Below, in pieces: positions 38,959 to 48,132 of a stretch of DNA of 64,000 nucleotides; positions within the stretch are counted from its first letter, which is position 1, and each line of letters opens with the position of its first letter. The notes beneath the pieces are model-generated. The model made no database searches and had not been told where the DNA came from. It was given only the letters and a program-made list of their open reading frames with translations. This stretch comes from Candidatus Omnitrophota bacterium (GTDB lineage: Bacteria; Omnitrophota; Gorgyraeia; VGKH01): positions 86,238-150,237 of the forward strand of contig JAKLEP010000003.1 of the NCBI GenBank assembly GCA_022703055.1. The letters are read 5' to 3'. The translations under genes were made by a program, and so were the position numbers.

Positions 38959-39951
38959 TCAAGTCTTTCTTGAGGATATGATAATTTGATTCTTCTCTTT
39001 TTTAACGTTTAAATGGTTGGGTAAATTGACAATTGATTTGGCGGGTCTTTTAAAAATCAAATCTTCTATCTCCTTCCAATGCTGAAAATTTAATTTTCTG
39101 GTGCTGCCTGCAATATCATTGATTGCAACCCTTATGATCAACCTCTGGATAGCAGGATGGAATTTCTGGATTTTCATAAGGTCAATTTTTAACTTTGTTT
39201 TTTCAGTCCTTAACCCTGCGTCACTTAAAGCCCTGCTTGCCACCTGAAACAAATAATCATAATCAAAGCCGATATTCTCTGCCATATCGCTCAAGACATC
39301 CTTTATATTTCTGTTGTAATTTTTGAGCATAGGCATAAGATTATTTCTGATTTTATTCCTGAAATAGATATCTTCAAAATTAGTTTTATCTTGACGGGGC
39401 TTAACTTTTATTTTTTTCAAATAGTTTTCGATTGCTGTTCTTTCGATGTGGATAAGGGGGCGGATAACCGTAAAGCCTAGGATTTCCCTCCTGGGCAGGA
39501 TTCCGCGCAATCCATAAAGACCTGTTCCTCGTAATACCCTCATTAACACAGTTTCTGCCTGGTCATCTTTAGTATGGCCTAAAGCTATTTTATCTGCATG
39601 GAATTTCTTGGCAGCTTTAAATAAAAATCTTAGCCTTGCTTCCCGGGCGACTTCTTCGACGGAACCTTGCCTTGCAAGTCTCTTGATATTGATACTATCA
39701 CTGATGAAAGGTAAATCGAGTCCGGCTGCAGTCTTCTTTACAAACAATAAATCATCCTTAGCTTCTTTTCTTAGCTCATGATCTAAATGCGCGACACAAA
39801 GAGATAAACCGAATTCTTCTTTAAGCGAATTTAAGAGATAAAGTAAAGCGATTGAATCGGGACCGCCGGAAACGGCGACCAGAATTCTGTCTCCCGGACT
39901 AAACAAATCATATTTTCTAGCTGTGGATTTAAACGCCTTTTGGATATCCAT
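38959..39951 (-). CDS. tilS: tRNA(Ile)-lysidine synthase (short form)
   Basis: AVSGGPDSIAL PP-loop; 330 aa. Confidence 0.85.
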   Translation of the reverse strand: MDIQKAFKSTARKYDLFSPGDRILVAVSGGPDSIALLYLLNSLKEEFGLSLCVAHLDHELRKEAKDDLLFVKKTAAGLDLPFISDSINIKRLARQGSVEEVAREARLRFLFKAAKKFHADKIALGHTKDDQAETVLMRVLRGTGLYGLRGILPRREILGFTVIRPLIHIERTAIENYLKKIKVKPRQDKTNFEDIYFRNKIRNNLMPMLKNYNRNIKDVLSDMAENIGFDYDYLFQVASRALSDAGLRTEKTKLKIDLMKIQKFHPAIQRLIIRVAINDIAGSTRKLNFQHWKEIEDLIFKRPAKSIVNLPNHLNVKKEKNQIIISSRKT

Positions 39952-40013
39952 ATGATTATAGATTAAGCGGGTTGGTATTTTTCGTTTGAGGATAAATCTA
40001 CTATTAAAAGCCT

Positions 40014-40520
40014 CTAGGCCTTAGTTATAGTTATCTTATCACCGGTAATCTTGGCATTAGGTACAATTATTTTTTTATTATCGGCAGCTTGTATAACTGT
40101 GCTAAACACCTGAATTTCTTCAACGATTCCCGTTGCTCCTCCTGCCTCGATATGATCTCCCACCTGAAACGGTTGGAATATTACAATCATAACACCGGCG
40201 GCAAAATTGGCCAGTGATCCTTGTAGCGCCAAGCCAACGGCTAAGCCTGCGGCACCGATAATGGCGATAAACGAGTTAGTTTCTACGCCAAGTTTATTTA
40301 GCGCTGCGATAATTACAAAAACCATCACAGCATAATAGGCCATATTCTTGGTAAATACTGCCAGGGTTTTATTAACCTTTGATTTAACTAGTGCGGCCTC
40401 AATAATCTTGGAAATAAGCCTTGCAATCCATTTTCCAATAATAAAAATTAAAATTGCTGCCAAAATCTTAAGACCATACTGAATAGCGTAATCCTGGATT
40501 TTGAGTAGAGTTGCTTCCAT
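40014..40520 (-). CDS. Short MscS-family mechanosensitive channel protein (no C-terminal alpha/beta domain)
   Basis: LQGSLANFAAGVMIVIFQPFQVGDHIEAGGATGIVEEIQVFST matches the pore helix plus beta domain. At 168 aa, the ORF ends 62 nt before tilS. Confidence 0.7.
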   Translation of the reverse strand: MEATLLKIQDYAIQYGLKILAAILIFIIGKWIARLISKIIEAALVKSKVNKTLAVFTKNMAYYAVMVFVIIAALNKLGVETNSFIAIIGAAGLAVGLALQGSLANFAAGVMIVIFQPFQVGDHIEAGGATGIVEEIQVFSTVIQAADNKKIIVPNAKITGDKITITKA

Positions 40521-40541
40521 ACTGCCTCCTTTGTATTAATC

Positions 40542-40618
40542 TGGTGGCGGAGAGTGGATTTAAACCACCGACCAAGCGGGTATGAGCCGCGTGCTCTATC
40601 AGGCTGAGCTACTCCGCC
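40542..40618 (-). tRNA. tRNA with a CAT anticodon (elongator Met or lysidine-dependent Ile2), CCA encoded
   Basis: GGCGGAG-TA-GCTC-AGCCTGATA-GAGC-A-CGCGG-CTCATAC-CCGCT-TGGTC-GGTGG-TTTAAAT-CCACT-CTCCGCC-A-CCA. It is not initiator-like: positions 1-72 are paired and there is no GGG/CCC in the anticodon stem. Confidence 0.9.
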
Positions 40619-40640
40619 ACAAAAAATATTTTATCAAAAA

Positions 40641-41009
40641 TTAACTTTTTCTTAAAGAAAATAAATACCTATCTATTTTCTTCCTGTCTTCGGGAGCGAT
40701 ATTTATGAATTCAGAGCCGACATCAAAACGCTTTTCCTTATGCATCTCTAGGGGCCTGACCCAGACTACCTTGCTTTTGGCAATAATCGGCAATGTCTCC
40801 TGTGGCATATAAATAGATACGACCAAGACATCATCTTCTTGCAGCTTTTTATCTGTGATTAGCCCAATTCCTCCGGAACTTATGTTTCTGGACTTACCTT
40901 GTAATGCCAGATTCGGATCTTTATCCAATAAGGCATACTGGACATCTACGGAAGAATTAAACCGTACGAATTTGCGGCGTTCATTAAGATTATTTCCTCT
41001 GCCAAACAT
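40641..41009 (-). CDS. Single-domain PilZ protein
   Basis: ERRKFVRF (RxxxR) and RNISSGGIGL (NxSxxG); 122 aa. Confidence 0.7.
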   Translation of the reverse strand: MFGRGNNLNERRKFVRFNSSVDVQYALLDKDPNLALQGKSRNISSGGIGLITDKKLQEDDVLVVSIYMPQETLPIIAKSKVVWVRPLEMHKEKRFDVGSEFINIAPEDRKKIDRYLFSLRKS

Positions 41010-41011
41010 AT

Positions 41012-41800
41012 TTATTTCTTCCTATAAGCGTCAAGAAACGAATCGCAATAAATCTGTTTATTCAAAATCAACTCTGCTGCAATTAACGAATTCATCAATT
41101 CTTTATCTAACGGATCCAAAATTGCCGAATCAAGCCCGGCGCCGATCGCCATTACCAAAAATATCCTATTGATAAGGTTCCTTTCGCAGGTCCCCTGAGA
41201 GACATTACTAAGACCTACGATAACTTTTGGAGCGGGAGATGTCAATAGCTTGAATTCCCTTATTGCCTCGATGACATTTATGCCTTGAGCCTGAGCAACA
41301 TTTACAGGAAGCACCACTGGATCTAATAATAAATCCTCGACGGGAAAACTCGCATCTTGCGCCGCAGCGGCAATAGTTGCAGCGAGCTCAATCCTTCTAT
41401 CTTTATCCTGCGGCACGCCTTTTTTATCCAAGCTTAATCCGATTAAGTAGGTTTTATATTTATTGGCCATAGGCAGTAATTTGTCTAACTTTTCTTGATC
41501 AGCGCTTGTGGAATTAATGACTGCTTTTTGCTTAACCAATTTTAATCCTGCTTCGATTACATCCGGCTTAGTACTGTCTAAAGAAAGAGAGACATCGACA
41601 ACTTCCTGGATGGTCTCCACCAACCATTGCATATCGGATAGTGGATTTTTGGACAGCGGACCGCAATTGACATCGAGCGCCCTTGCACCTGCTTCAACTT
41701 GTCTTTTGGCCAAATCCTGGATAACCTTTTTATCCTTTTCGGCTATAGCCCGTCCGACCTGCTTATACATTCCGTTAATAAGTTCACCGATAATAAACAT
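41012..41800 (-). CDS. acsE: Methyltetrahydrofolate:corrinoid/iron-sulfur protein methyltransferase
   Basis: Pterin-binding TIM barrel: MFIIGELINGM...GARALDVNCGP. 262 aa, adjacent to acsD and acsC. Confidence 0.8.
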   Translation of the reverse strand: MFIIGELINGMYKQVGRAIAEKDKKVIQDLAKRQVEAGARALDVNCGPLSKNPLSDMQWLVETIQEVVDVSLSLDSTKPDVIEAGLKLVKQKAVINSTSADQEKLDKLLPMANKYKTYLIGLSLDKKGVPQDKDRRIELAATIAAAAQDASFPVEDLLLDPVVLPVNVAQAQGINVIEAIREFKLLTSPAPKVIVGLSNVSQGTCERNLINRIFLVMAIGAGLDSAILDPLDKELMNSLIAAELILNKQIYCDSFLDAYRKK

Positions 41801-41801
41801 C

Positions 41802-42767
41802 TTATTTCCCCGTTAATTGATTGATTGTTTTCTGTACTTCCTGGATCGCCTGAGGATGACGCATTACTAAAATATCCGCACCTGCCTGAAGAAGCGCAGT
41901 TGACGTAACCATTTCCCAGGCGATACCTCTTTCCTTTTCTTTTCCCCAAGCTGGAAATTCTTTTTCTGAAGCTTTGGCTTCTTTGGCACGCCAGGCTTCG
42001 TATCCCACAAAACAAATATATGGCATGGCGAGCATCTTATCCCCGTTTAGAGCGGATAATCTTCCTCTTTCCATTATGGAATAGGCATATTCAAGGCCGT
42101 ATCCCAGGGCACCGATCGTAGGATTTATCACGATTCTTTCTGCGGATAAACCCATATCTGAAATCAGGATATTTAATTGCTTGGCGATGTTGATATCTAT
42201 TGGCGATTCGGCAATGATACTATGTCCGTCGGCAAGACAAGCAACGGTCAAGGTTTTATAATTATCCTGAATTGCATTTCCGAAAAGGCATCTTTCGCCC
42301 TTCGCTGCTTCAGCACATTTAGGCAAAACCAAATTATCTTTTTCATTGTCGCCGCATCCGATAATTATCAAAGGCTTATCAACCGCTTTAAGGATATCCT
42401 TAACGACTTGGGCTTCTTTTTCCGGAGAATTATCGCCGTAATCCGAATGCGCGCCCATCAACCTAAGACAAAGCAGTTCCGCTTTAAATTCCTTGACGCA
42501 TTTCTTTGCCCATTCAACCGGTTTTCCCAAAACACTGGAAAAAGGTTCTTTTAAGGCTTCCGGCCAGTCTGCAGGTGCAACATCCCAGATTTCATGTGCG
42601 ATTACCGGAGGATTCGGAATATTTCCCTCGTCGGATAAATACGGCAAGCTCATCTGTCCGCCAACCTTTACTACCGATGAACGGGAACCGCCATCCTGTT
42701 TCGTTGCGCCGATAATCACCTCGTTAATCGCGTTTGACCAACGCATCTTCAAGAGTTCTATGGCCAT
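41802..42767 (-). CDS. acsD: Corrinoid/iron-sulfur protein small subunit (CdhD/AcsD)
   Basis: 321 aa. CdhD-like TIM barrel (VKVGGQMSLPYL, PLIIIGCGD, VMRHP) plus gene context. Confidence 0.8.
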   Translation of the reverse strand: MAIELLKMRWSNAINEVIIGATKQDGGSRSSVVKVGGQMSLPYLSDEGNIPNPPVIAHEIWDVAPADWPEALKEPFSSVLGKPVEWAKKCVKEFKAELLCLRLMGAHSDYGDNSPEKEAQVVKDILKAVDKPLIIIGCGDNEKDNLVLPKCAEAAKGERCLFGNAIQDNYKTLTVACLADGHSIIAESPIDINIAKQLNILISDMGLSAERIVINPTIGALGYGLEYAYSIMERGRLSALNGDKMLAMPYICFVGYEAWRAKEAKASEKEFPAWGKEKERGIAWEMVTSTALLQAGADILVMRHPQAIQEVQKTINQLTGK

Positions 42768-43504
42768 AACTTTCTACAAATCCTTTCTATAGATTTCAAT
42801 GCTGTTGAGCCGCTGCTTAATTCTGAAAGCGGCCTTCCTTTTATGCTTAATTCCAGAACTTCCTGATCGGAAGGTAAGGAATCCAAATATTCGATGCCTG
42901 ATTCTTTGATTTCCTTATTATCGGCGCTTATGTTGCTGCGGTTTAATACCAAAAAGCTTTTATTGGCCTTGATATCCAGCTCTTTAATCAAATCAAAAAT
43001 CCGTCGGGCTGAACGCAAGCCCACCGAAGTATCGTCAGAAACAATTAACACCGTGTCTGCCTGGCGCATGGTCCGGCGCGAAAGATGTTCTAGGCCTGCC
43101 TCATTATCAACTACGATATAATCGTAACTTTTAACTAACTTTTTTACAATATCCCGCAAAAGATTATTCACGTAACAATAACAGCCTGGACCTTCAGGCC
43201 TACCCATTACCAAAATATCAAATGAATCCGCCTCAACCATCTCGGTTTGAATTCTATATTCTATGTATTCTGGCTTGCTCATGCCTTGCGGTATCACCGA
43301 CGGGTTTTTAGAAACCTCATCCAGCATTCCGCCGATACTGGCCTTTGGTTTAAAGCCCAGATTTATCGCCAAATTGGAATTAGGATCGGCGTCCACCGCC
43401 AGAACCCTTGCCTTTTTATTTTTTATAAGCCAATTGACAATCAGGCTTGAAATCGTAGTCTTACCTGTTCCGCCTTTTCCGCAAACCGCGATGATATAGC
43501 CCAT
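42758..43504 (-). CDS. cooC: CooC/AcsF-type nickel-insertion ATPase
   Basis: Deviant Walker A in CGKGGTGKTT and the CxC nickel motif in GPGCYCY; 248 aa. Confidence 0.8.
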   Translation of the reverse strand: MGYIIAVCGKGGTGKTTISSLIVNWLIKNKKARVLAVDADPNSNLAINLGFKPKASIGGMLDEVSKNPSVIPQGMSKPEYIEYRIQTEMVEADSFDILVMGRPEGPGCYCYVNNLLRDIVKKLVKSYDYIVVDNEAGLEHLSRRTMRQADTVLIVSDDTSVGLRSARRIFDLIKELDIKANKSFLVLNRSNISADNKEIKESGIEYLDSLPSDQEVLELSIKGRPLSELSSGSTALKSIERICRKLWP

Positions 43505-43505
43505 C

Positions 43506-45437
43506 TTATTTAACTTGAGAAGGAAACCTCTCTGTGTCTGTATGCGGGAAAAATAAAGCCGCTACATATTCATCCATATAACCAGGCTCGACCGATAATT
43601 CAAAGTAAGTGGTTTTTTTGGCAATCTCATCAGCCTTACCAAAAGCATCGATAGATAAAAGTATGGCCCTTGCCCCGGATAAAGAGCTATTTCCGATAAA
43701 ACTGAATTTCTCTCTTTTTAAATCCGGCAACAAACCGATCGATACCGCTTTTTCGATATCTAAATATGTCCCGAAGCCGCCAGCGATATAAATTTTCTTC
43801 ACATCGTCAAAACTTAACTTTAAATGTTTTAACATCGACGAGGTAGCGGAAAAAATAGCTGCCTTGGCGCGTTTCAAATTATCCAAATCCATTTCAGTAA
43901 TGACGATATCCTGTTTATGCCCGGTATCTTTTTTATCGACCAGGACAAATTCCCTGCCAAATTCTCCCTGCCTTATTCTAGAATCGCGTAGGTTAGTATT
44001 TATTTTGCCGTTTTTATCGATAATGTTCGTCTTCAACAATTCAGAAACAATATCAATGTATCCTGAGCCGCATATGCCGACCGGCGGAGTAGCGCCAATA
44101 GTCGAATAACTGACTTTTAAATCTTTAGGATTGATAGTAAACCTTTGAATAGCGCCTTTAGTGGCTCTCATGCCGCAAACAACACCGCTTCCCTCAAAAG
44201 CCGGGCCAGCAGAAGCAGCGCAGCTTATCATCCAATCTTTATTTCCTAAAACGATTTCCCCGTTAGTGCCGATATCAATCAAAATGCTTAAATCCTCAGT
44301 CTCGGAAATTCCGCTAGCCAGAATTCCGGCTGTGATGTCACCGCCGACATACCCAGAAACACCGGGAACACATGCCAAAAGCCCGCGAGGATTAATCTTT
44401 ATTCCCGCCTCGGATGCCCTGATGACTGGGACAAAATTTGCTGTGGGCACATAGGGTTCCCGTCGGATAAAAGAAGGATCAACTTTTAAAAGTAAGTGAA
44501 TCATGGTGGTATTGCCCGCGCAAAGACAACAGGTCACATCATTTAAATCAACTTGGTTTTCATGCACCAATTCCTCAATCATTGAGTTCATTCCGTCGAT
44601 AACAGCATGATGCAGCCTCTCAAGGCCGTCTTTCTCCTGTGCAAAGATGATTCTAGTAATGATATCGCTGCCAAAAGTCGCCTGTTTGTTAAAAGTGGCT
44701 TTTGTGCCCAAGACTTTTTTTGTATTGAGATTAATGAGCTGCGCAGAAATCGTGGTTGTTCCGATATCAAAAGCAAAACCAAAATTCCGCTCCGACGTAT
44801 CGGATGGTTCAATCAAAACGATTTCAATAGTATCATTTCTCTTGCCTAAAGTAACGGTTACCTTCCAGTCGCTGGAACGCAAAAGCTTGCCTAAATTCCT
44901 TACATTGGACAAGCCCATCTGCATAATCGGGATATCTTTTACTTCTCGTATTGCCCTATTGATCCGCTCCAGATCGCTGATTTTATCGTCCAAATCCGGC
45001 TGGGGTAATTCCAAATAAATTTTTGTCGCTAATGGCGAATGACTAAAAAGTTCCCTTGATGCGATAATGTCTATCTCTTCGACTTCTTCAGGCTCTGCAT
45101 AGATACCTTTAAGCCGAGAAGCAAATTCATCTTCGTCATTGACCTTTTCTAAATCTACTTTTGACTCAACAGGAACCTCTACCACCAAGTCACTCTCGAC
45201 AGTGGTAAGACAAGCCAAGTAATAACCTTGTTTTCTTTCTTCAGCAGAAATTCTGCCTGTAGGTTGAGTGTTGACTTCGCCTTTTTTTAAAATAACCTTG
45301 CACCTTCCGCATACGCCATCGCCGCCGCAGCTGGAATTTATATGCAGTCCGGCGGATATGGCCGCAGCAAGGATGCTTTTGCCTTTTTCGACCTCGATTT
45401 CCTTATTGTCTGGTAAAAATTTTACTTTGAATTTCAT
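43506..45437 (-). CDS. Reductive activator of the corrinoid protein (RACo/AcsV): [2Fe-2S] ferredoxin domain plus ASKHA ATPase
   Basis: N-terminal CGGDGVCGRCKV plant-type ferredoxin motif. The ASKHA core has FDIGTTT and DIGTNGE. 643 aa, between acsC and cooC. Confidence 0.8.
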   Translation of the reverse strand: MKFKVKFLPDNKEIEVEKGKSILAAAISAGLHINSSCGGDGVCGRCKVILKKGEVNTQPTGRISAEERKQGYYLACLTTVESDLVVEVPVESKVDLEKVNDEDEFASRLKGIYAEPEEVEEIDIIASRELFSHSPLATKIYLELPQPDLDDKISDLERINRAIREVKDIPIMQMGLSNVRNLGKLLRSSDWKVTVTLGKRNDTIEIVLIEPSDTSERNFGFAFDIGTTTISAQLINLNTKKVLGTKATFNKQATFGSDIITRIIFAQEKDGLERLHHAVIDGMNSMIEELVHENQVDLNDVTCCLCAGNTTMIHLLLKVDPSFIRREPYVPTANFVPVIRASEAGIKINPRGLLACVPGVSGYVGGDITAGILASGISETEDLSILIDIGTNGEIVLGNKDWMISCAASAGPAFEGSGVVCGMRATKGAIQRFTINPKDLKVSYSTIGATPPVGICGSGYIDIVSELLKTNIIDKNGKINTNLRDSRIRQGEFGREFVLVDKKDTGHKQDIVITEMDLDNLKRAKAAIFSATSSMLKHLKLSFDDVKKIYIAGGFGTYLDIEKAVSIGLLPDLKREKFSFIGNSSLSGARAILLSIDAFGKADEIAKKTTYFELSVEPGYMDEYVAALFFPHTDTERFPSQVK

Positions 45438-46769
45438 TTATCCTAAATTTCTTAGATAATTTGTGATCCCTGCTGCTTCGCGAGGGCCAACCAAAACCTT
45501 CCAGTTAGATTTTTCCTCTAAATCTCCACTCATTGCCGCAACATAACCTGGGATTACCACCCTGTTATGCTTGACAACATCCTTGGCATTCTGTTTTTCC
45601 AAAGCCTTGGCGATAACCTCAGCATTGAATTTCTCCGCTGCCCAGGCAGTCAAAACCGACATGCCCTCAGTATCCACCGCCATAATATATGAAGCCACTT
45701 TGCTAGATTCCACTTCCGATAAAACCGTATAGTAAGTCAACGAGAAATTGGTCGTCACCAGAAACGGCGATTTTTCACCCGGAGTTCCGACGGGATAAAT
45801 CTTTGGCTCGACCTGCAAAGGCTTCTGAGGATCGGTGTAAATGTTTTGCCTTAGAGTCAAAAGCGACAGTACTTCCCATGACTCGAAATTCTTGATTATC
45901 AGGATATTGGCATATTTCGCTAGCAAAGTTGATGCGGCGCTCAATTCTCGGAATAAATCATTCTCTTCGAGCAAAACCATATTGGGGTAACCAAATGGGC
46001 GAAAACTCTTGATGAGAGCAAGCCTTCTTAACTGCGTGAGCTCCTGGATTTTCTGTACCAAAGGCTTACTTCCTGTATCCAAAATTAAATCTGAAACACC
46101 CAAAGAGTTAATCTTAGCCGTGAGCTCAGACATATCGCTTAGGTTATCGCAAGACACAACTAAATTAGAACCAGATTCTTTTGCCAATCTAGCAAAAGCC
46201 TCAAGATTATTTTTCTTGGCGCTATAGATAATCGGTTTCTTATTCTTCAATAATTCCAAAGCCTTTCCAAGCGAAGCCGCATCGTCGCTTACCAGCATTA
46301 TTGCCAAATCCGAAGATTGGGATGCAAGCTTAACTTTATTGACAAAATTCCCAGCGTCTTTGGTCTGCTTTATGGCAATAATATTTACTTCGATTAATTG
46401 ACCTACCCGCTCAAACTTTAAGCGATTTATGCGCTCCAATTTTTCCTTAAACTTGCTATCATCTAAACTATCTTCCAGCAAGAATCCTATTGCTGCCGGA
46501 TGATAAAATTTCTCCTCGTGACGAAACATTACAGTTTCATTCCCGATTTCTACCTCTTTTTCGGCCGCCCCCAATTTAATCAATCTCATCGGAGGAAGCG
46601 AAGCTGATTCCAATTTCATCCTTGCCTCTTCGCTTACATGCTTGCATTTTTCCAGGCTGGTCTGTTTTTTAGCCAAAGCCATAGCAAATGCAAGGCATGT
46701 CGGAAAGCCGCATTCTCTACAATTTGTTTTTGCCAAATGCTTGTAAATATCCAGTCCTGAGAGAGCCAT
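45438..46769 (-). CDS. acsC: Corrinoid/iron-sulfur protein large subunit (CdhE/AcsC)
   Basis: N-terminal [4Fe-4S] motif NCRECGFPTCLAFAMALA; 443 aa. Confidence 0.85.
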   Translation of the reverse strand: MALSGLDIYKHLAKTNCRECGFPTCLAFAMALAKKQTSLEKCKHVSEEARMKLESASLPPMRLIKLGAAEKEVEIGNETVMFRHEEKFYHPAAIGFLLEDSLDDSKFKEKLERINRLKFERVGQLIEVNIIAIKQTKDAGNFVNKVKLASQSSDLAIMLVSDDAASLGKALELLKNKKPIIYSAKKNNLEAFARLAKESGSNLVVSCDNLSDMSELTAKINSLGVSDLILDTGSKPLVQKIQELTQLRRLALIKSFRPFGYPNMVLLEENDLFRELSAASTLLAKYANILIIKNFESWEVLSLLTLRQNIYTDPQKPLQVEPKIYPVGTPGEKSPFLVTTNFSLTYYTVLSEVESSKVASYIMAVDTEGMSVLTAWAAEKFNAEVIAKALEKQNAKDVVKHNRVVIPGYVAAMSGDLEEKSNWKVLVGPREAAGITNYLRNLG

Positions 46770-46770
46770 A

Positions 46771-47184
46771 TTAAGATACCTTTCTTAAGATTTTAAATAG
46801 TGTTTGCGGTTTCATCCTGTAAATTTTATCGGCAAAATCTTCGCTCTCATCGTGGGTTTTGAGGTTTTTAAGTCTGCGAAGAATCTCATCGTCAATACCT
46901 AGAATTATATGATTCCTTTTTATTAAATTTGTAAGTTTAATCTCGATATTCCTGCTGTTTATCACCTTGATATTTCTTTTACCTAGAGTGCAACCGCTAG
47001 AAAGCTGCAGCCCGTCGACAAAACATGAAACCGGCTTTCGATAAGGCAGTTTTGCATCCACCTTCAAACCGAAATATTTCTTGGCTTTGATTTTCTTAAG
47101 CCCGTATTCTCCCAATAAAAGCCCCATGACAAGCCAGGGTCCGAGGTGCCCATGAAATTTTATTGCTGAATTTAATTTATTCAT
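46771..47184 (-). CDS. FmdE-domain protein
   Basis: FHGHLGPWLVMG and CFVDGLQLSSGCTLGKRNI match the FmdE family blocks; 137 aa. Confidence 0.7.
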   Translation of the reverse strand: MNKLNSAIKFHGHLGPWLVMGLLLGEYGLKKIKAKKYFGLKVDAKLPYRKPVSCFVDGLQLSSGCTLGKRNIKVINSRNIEIKLTNLIKRNHIILGIDDEILRRLKNLKTHDESEDFADKIYRMKPQTLFKILRKVS

Positions 47185-47837
47185 CGGTTTATTAAGTTTG
47201 CGAAATACCCTGCGCCAAACCCATTATCGATATTGACTACTGCAACTCCCGGAGAACAACTGTTCATCATCGTAAGCAAAGCAGATAAGCCTTTAAAACT
47301 TGCTCCGTAGCCGCAACTGGTAGGAACTGCTATAACCGGGCATGCCACCAAGCCACTAACCAAACTAGCCAATGCCCCCTCCATGCCGGCGATAACGATA
47401 ATCACGGACGCCATCCTTAAAGAATTGTCATTATCTAAAAGCCTATGGACTCCTGCTACGCCAACATCATAAAGTCTTTTACATTTATTACCGGTGAACT
47501 CTAGAGTAGCGATAGCTTCTTCAGCCACCGGAATATCGGATGTGCCGCCGGTAATAACTAAAACAGTCCCTTTTTTGGTTATCTTCTTTGATTTTTCAAC
47601 GAAGGCGACTTGACCTAGTTTATTATATTTTAGCTTAGGGATGGCGCGTCTTAGATCGCTATAAATGCCGCTAGTAACCTTTGTAAGCAGGACTTGCTTG
47701 TCTTTTTTTAAAAGTTCTTTAGCGATAGATTTTATTTGTTGCCTAGTCTTACCGGGACAGTAAATGACCTCGGGATACCCCCGCCTCATACATCTGTCGG
47801 TATCGACTTTGGCAAAGCCAATGTCGCAGTATCTCAT
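47181..47837 (-). CDS. larB: LarB-type (PurE-like) nickel-pincer cofactor biosynthesis carboxylase/hydrolase
   Basis: RRGYPEVIYCPGKT, ITGGTSDIPVAEEA and AGMEGALASLVSGLVACPVIAVPTS; 218 aa. Confidence 0.8.
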   Translation of the reverse strand: MRYCDIGFAKVDTDRCMRRGYPEVIYCPGKTRQQIKSIAKELLKKDKQVLLTKVTSGIYSDLRRAIPKLKYNKLGQVAFVEKSKKITKKGTVLVITGGTSDIPVAEEAIATLEFTGNKCKRLYDVGVAGVHRLLDNDNSLRMASVIIVIAGMEGALASLVSGLVACPVIAVPTSCGYGASFKGLSALLTMMNSCSPGVAVVNIDNGFGAGYFANLINR

Positions 47838-48130
47838 TTTTGCCTAAATATAAAAAGTAGGATTGTCAGTATGACAATAAGAGTTACGATATAGAAATCG
47901 TTAAAATAAAAAAAGTCTTGGAGTTGTTCCTTGAAACTTGGTTTCGGTTCTGCCCCTTCGGGCCTGAAACGATCCCTCATTACCTGAATCTGATCCAAGC
48001 GGAACCTCAAGAATTCGCCACCGATTTTATAGGCAGGAATTTTGCCCTCATTGGATAAATCGATAACTTGCTTCTCAGTCAAACCCAATATCTCTGCAGT
48101 TTCTCTGATATTAATAAATTTTTCTGCCAT
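47834..48130 (-). CDS. Excisionase/MerR-type HTH domain protein with a C-terminal TM anchor
   Basis: INIRETAEILGLTEKQVIDLSNEGKIPAYKIGGEFLRFR is HTH_17-like. A hydrophobic tail (FYIVTLIVILTILLFIF) follows. Confidence 0.6.
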   Translation of the reverse strand: MAEKFINIRETAEILGLTEKQVIDLSNEGKIPAYKIGGEFLRFRLDQIQVMRDRFRPEGAEPKPSFKEQLQDFFYFNDFYIVTLIVILTILLFIFRQK

Positions 48131-48132
48131 AA

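Noticed and set aside
40014-40520. Short MscS homolog considered as a truncated pseudogene
   Set aside because: Only 62 nt separate its stop from tilS, and no MscS-like sequence continues in any frame. There is therefore no evidence of a disrupted longer gene. It is reported as a naturally short family member.
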